IMG/VR virus record: IMGVR_UViG_3300046000_003154
Span: 1 to 64,000 of that record
Source: a virus
Strand: one strand, 5' to 3'
DNA: 64,000 bases
Below, piece after piece: positions 62,853 to 64,000 of this stretch (positions are counted from its first letter, which is position 1; each line of letters begins with the position of its first letter). The notes beneath the pieces were generated by a model that saw only the letters and a program-made list of their open reading frames with translations, was not told the origin of the DNA and ran no database searches. The position numbers and the translations under genes were made by a program.

Positions 62853-64000
62853 ATGTCATCAAATATCAATTTCAATTTAAATCCGTACTACGATGATTTT
62901 GACGAAACGAAGAATTTTCAAAGAATTTTATTTCGTCCCGGTTATGCTGTTCAAGCGAGAGAATTAACACAAATACAATCTCAGCTTCAAAATCAAATTG
63001 AAAAATTCGGTAAACATATTTTTAAAGATGGTGGTATTGTTTTGGGTGGACAATTCAATATTGACACTAAAGTTGATTATGTTAAAATTACAGAAGCTAC
63101 TGATGTAACGAACACTACTCTATCAGATTTAATAGGAACAATTTTGGTTGGTGTTTCTAGTGGTGTTAAAGCTTATGTTGTTGATATTGGGTATAAGTCT
63201 GATTGGGGTTATGATAGTGATGTGTTAATGGTTCGATATACAACTTCTGGGGCGTCTTCTTCTTTATTTACAGTTTCTGAACAATTGAGAGTAGAAACAG
63301 ATTTAGCACCAATTACATATACAGTAGCATCAATATCCCCAACAGGAAAAGGCTCATTATTTTCTATTGATGAGGGTGTAGCCTTTTCAAGAGGTTTTTT
63401 TGTTAATTTTGAAAAACAAAATATTGTACTAGACCCAATTAGTAGCACTCCAACTTGTAAAATTGGATTTTCTAGTTTAGAAAGCATCATAAGTCCTAAT
63501 CAAGATCCGTCATTATTAGATCCAGCATTAGGATCATATAACTATTCTGCGCCCGGTGGTGATCGTTTACAAGTATATTTAACTTTAACCAAAGTTGATA
63601 TAGCCGAAGAAACTAGTTTACCAGATTTTTCTGTTTTATTCTCTATAGTTAATGGTGATGTAGTTGAACTAAAAGAAAGAACAGCTTATTCTAGAATATA
63701 TGACGAATTTGCTAAAAGAACATACGACGAATCTGGTGATTATGTTGTAAATGGTTTTGGTGTTCGTATTCGTGAACACTTGGATACTGGTTCTAATGAG
63801 GGATATTTATCATTACCATCCGGTAATGTTAATTCTCTAGCTATTGGTATAGAACCCGGAGTGGCTTATATCAAAGGATATGAAGTAAATAATAGAGTAA
63901 CAAAATATATTGAAACTGATAAAAGTTCTGATTATTTACGTGTCAATTCTGAAATCATTTCTGCAAAAAATGGAAATTATATTTTAGTAAATCAGGTAAT
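62853..64000 (+). CDS. structural protein, partial (continues beyond window)
   Basis: open frame from ATG 62853 to end of window. Confidence 0.4.
   Translation, partial: MSSNINFNLNPYYDDFDETKNFQRILFRPGYAVQARELTQIQSQLQNQIEKFGKHIFKDGGIVLGGQFNIDTKVDYVKITEATDVTNTTLSDLIGTILVGVSSGVKAYVVDIGYKSDWGYDSDVLMVRYTTSGASSSLFTVSEQLRVETDLAPITYTVASISPTGKGSLFSIDEGVAFSRGFFVNFEKQNIVLDPISSTPTCKIGFSSLESIISPNQDPSLLDPALGSYNYSAPGGDRLQVYLTLTKVDIAEETSLPDFSVLFSIVNGDVVELKERTAYSRIYDEFAKRTYDESGDYVVNGFGVRIREHLDTGSNEGYLSLPSGNVNSLAIGIEPGVAYIKGYEVNNRVTKYIETDKSSDYLRVNSEIISAKNGNYILVNQV

Overview
This window looks like an AT-rich segment of a large T4-like (Tevenvirinae/Straboviridae-type) lytic myophage genome. Almost all genes are on the + strand; a minus-strand block lies at about 43.8-51.4 kb. 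Left half (0-43 kb): many small early ORFs driven by a family of near-consensus sigma70-type promoters (TTGACA-N17/18-TATAAT) that share a conserved upstream box; at least five free-standing homing endonucleases (four GIY-YIG, one HNH-AP2) plus an endonuclease VII-like gene; DNA/RNA-metabolism genes (SprT-like peptidase, denV-like glycosylase, RNA ligase-like, SNase-like nuclease, RNase H rnh, PhoH, RecB-like PD-(D/E)xK nuclease, NT5C-type deoxynucleotidase, gp32 SSB, ClpP-like peptidase, GT2 glycosyltransferases); seven tRNA clusters in which I can fold 22 tRNAs by eye, with several unresolved structured spacers. I judge four things most notable. (i) An operon of proteins that all begin with a T4-like capsid-targeting sequence (MK[ST]FK[DE][FY]...[LI]xE), including an ADP-ribosyltransferase, plus a 610-aa member behind an exact TATAAATA late promoter; these are candidate injected internal-head proteins. 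(ii) A circularly permuted two-piece tmRNA (ssrA) gene encoding the tag ANDESYALAA, under a consensus promoter and immediately upstream of a Lom/Ail-like outer-membrane beta-barrel gene. (iii) A vWA/MIDAS protein, possibly Ro60/TROVE-like, flanked by long structured non-coding RNAs. (iv) Two paralogous ~800-aa transmembrane proteins, one of them carrying T4-lysozyme-like and M15 peptidase domains. Right part (48.8-64 kb): the virion baseplate module (tail-tube-like proteins, gp53-, gp27-, gp5-, gp25-, gp6-, gp7- and gp8-like genes). All calls are from reading the sequence and ORF track; no database searches were run.
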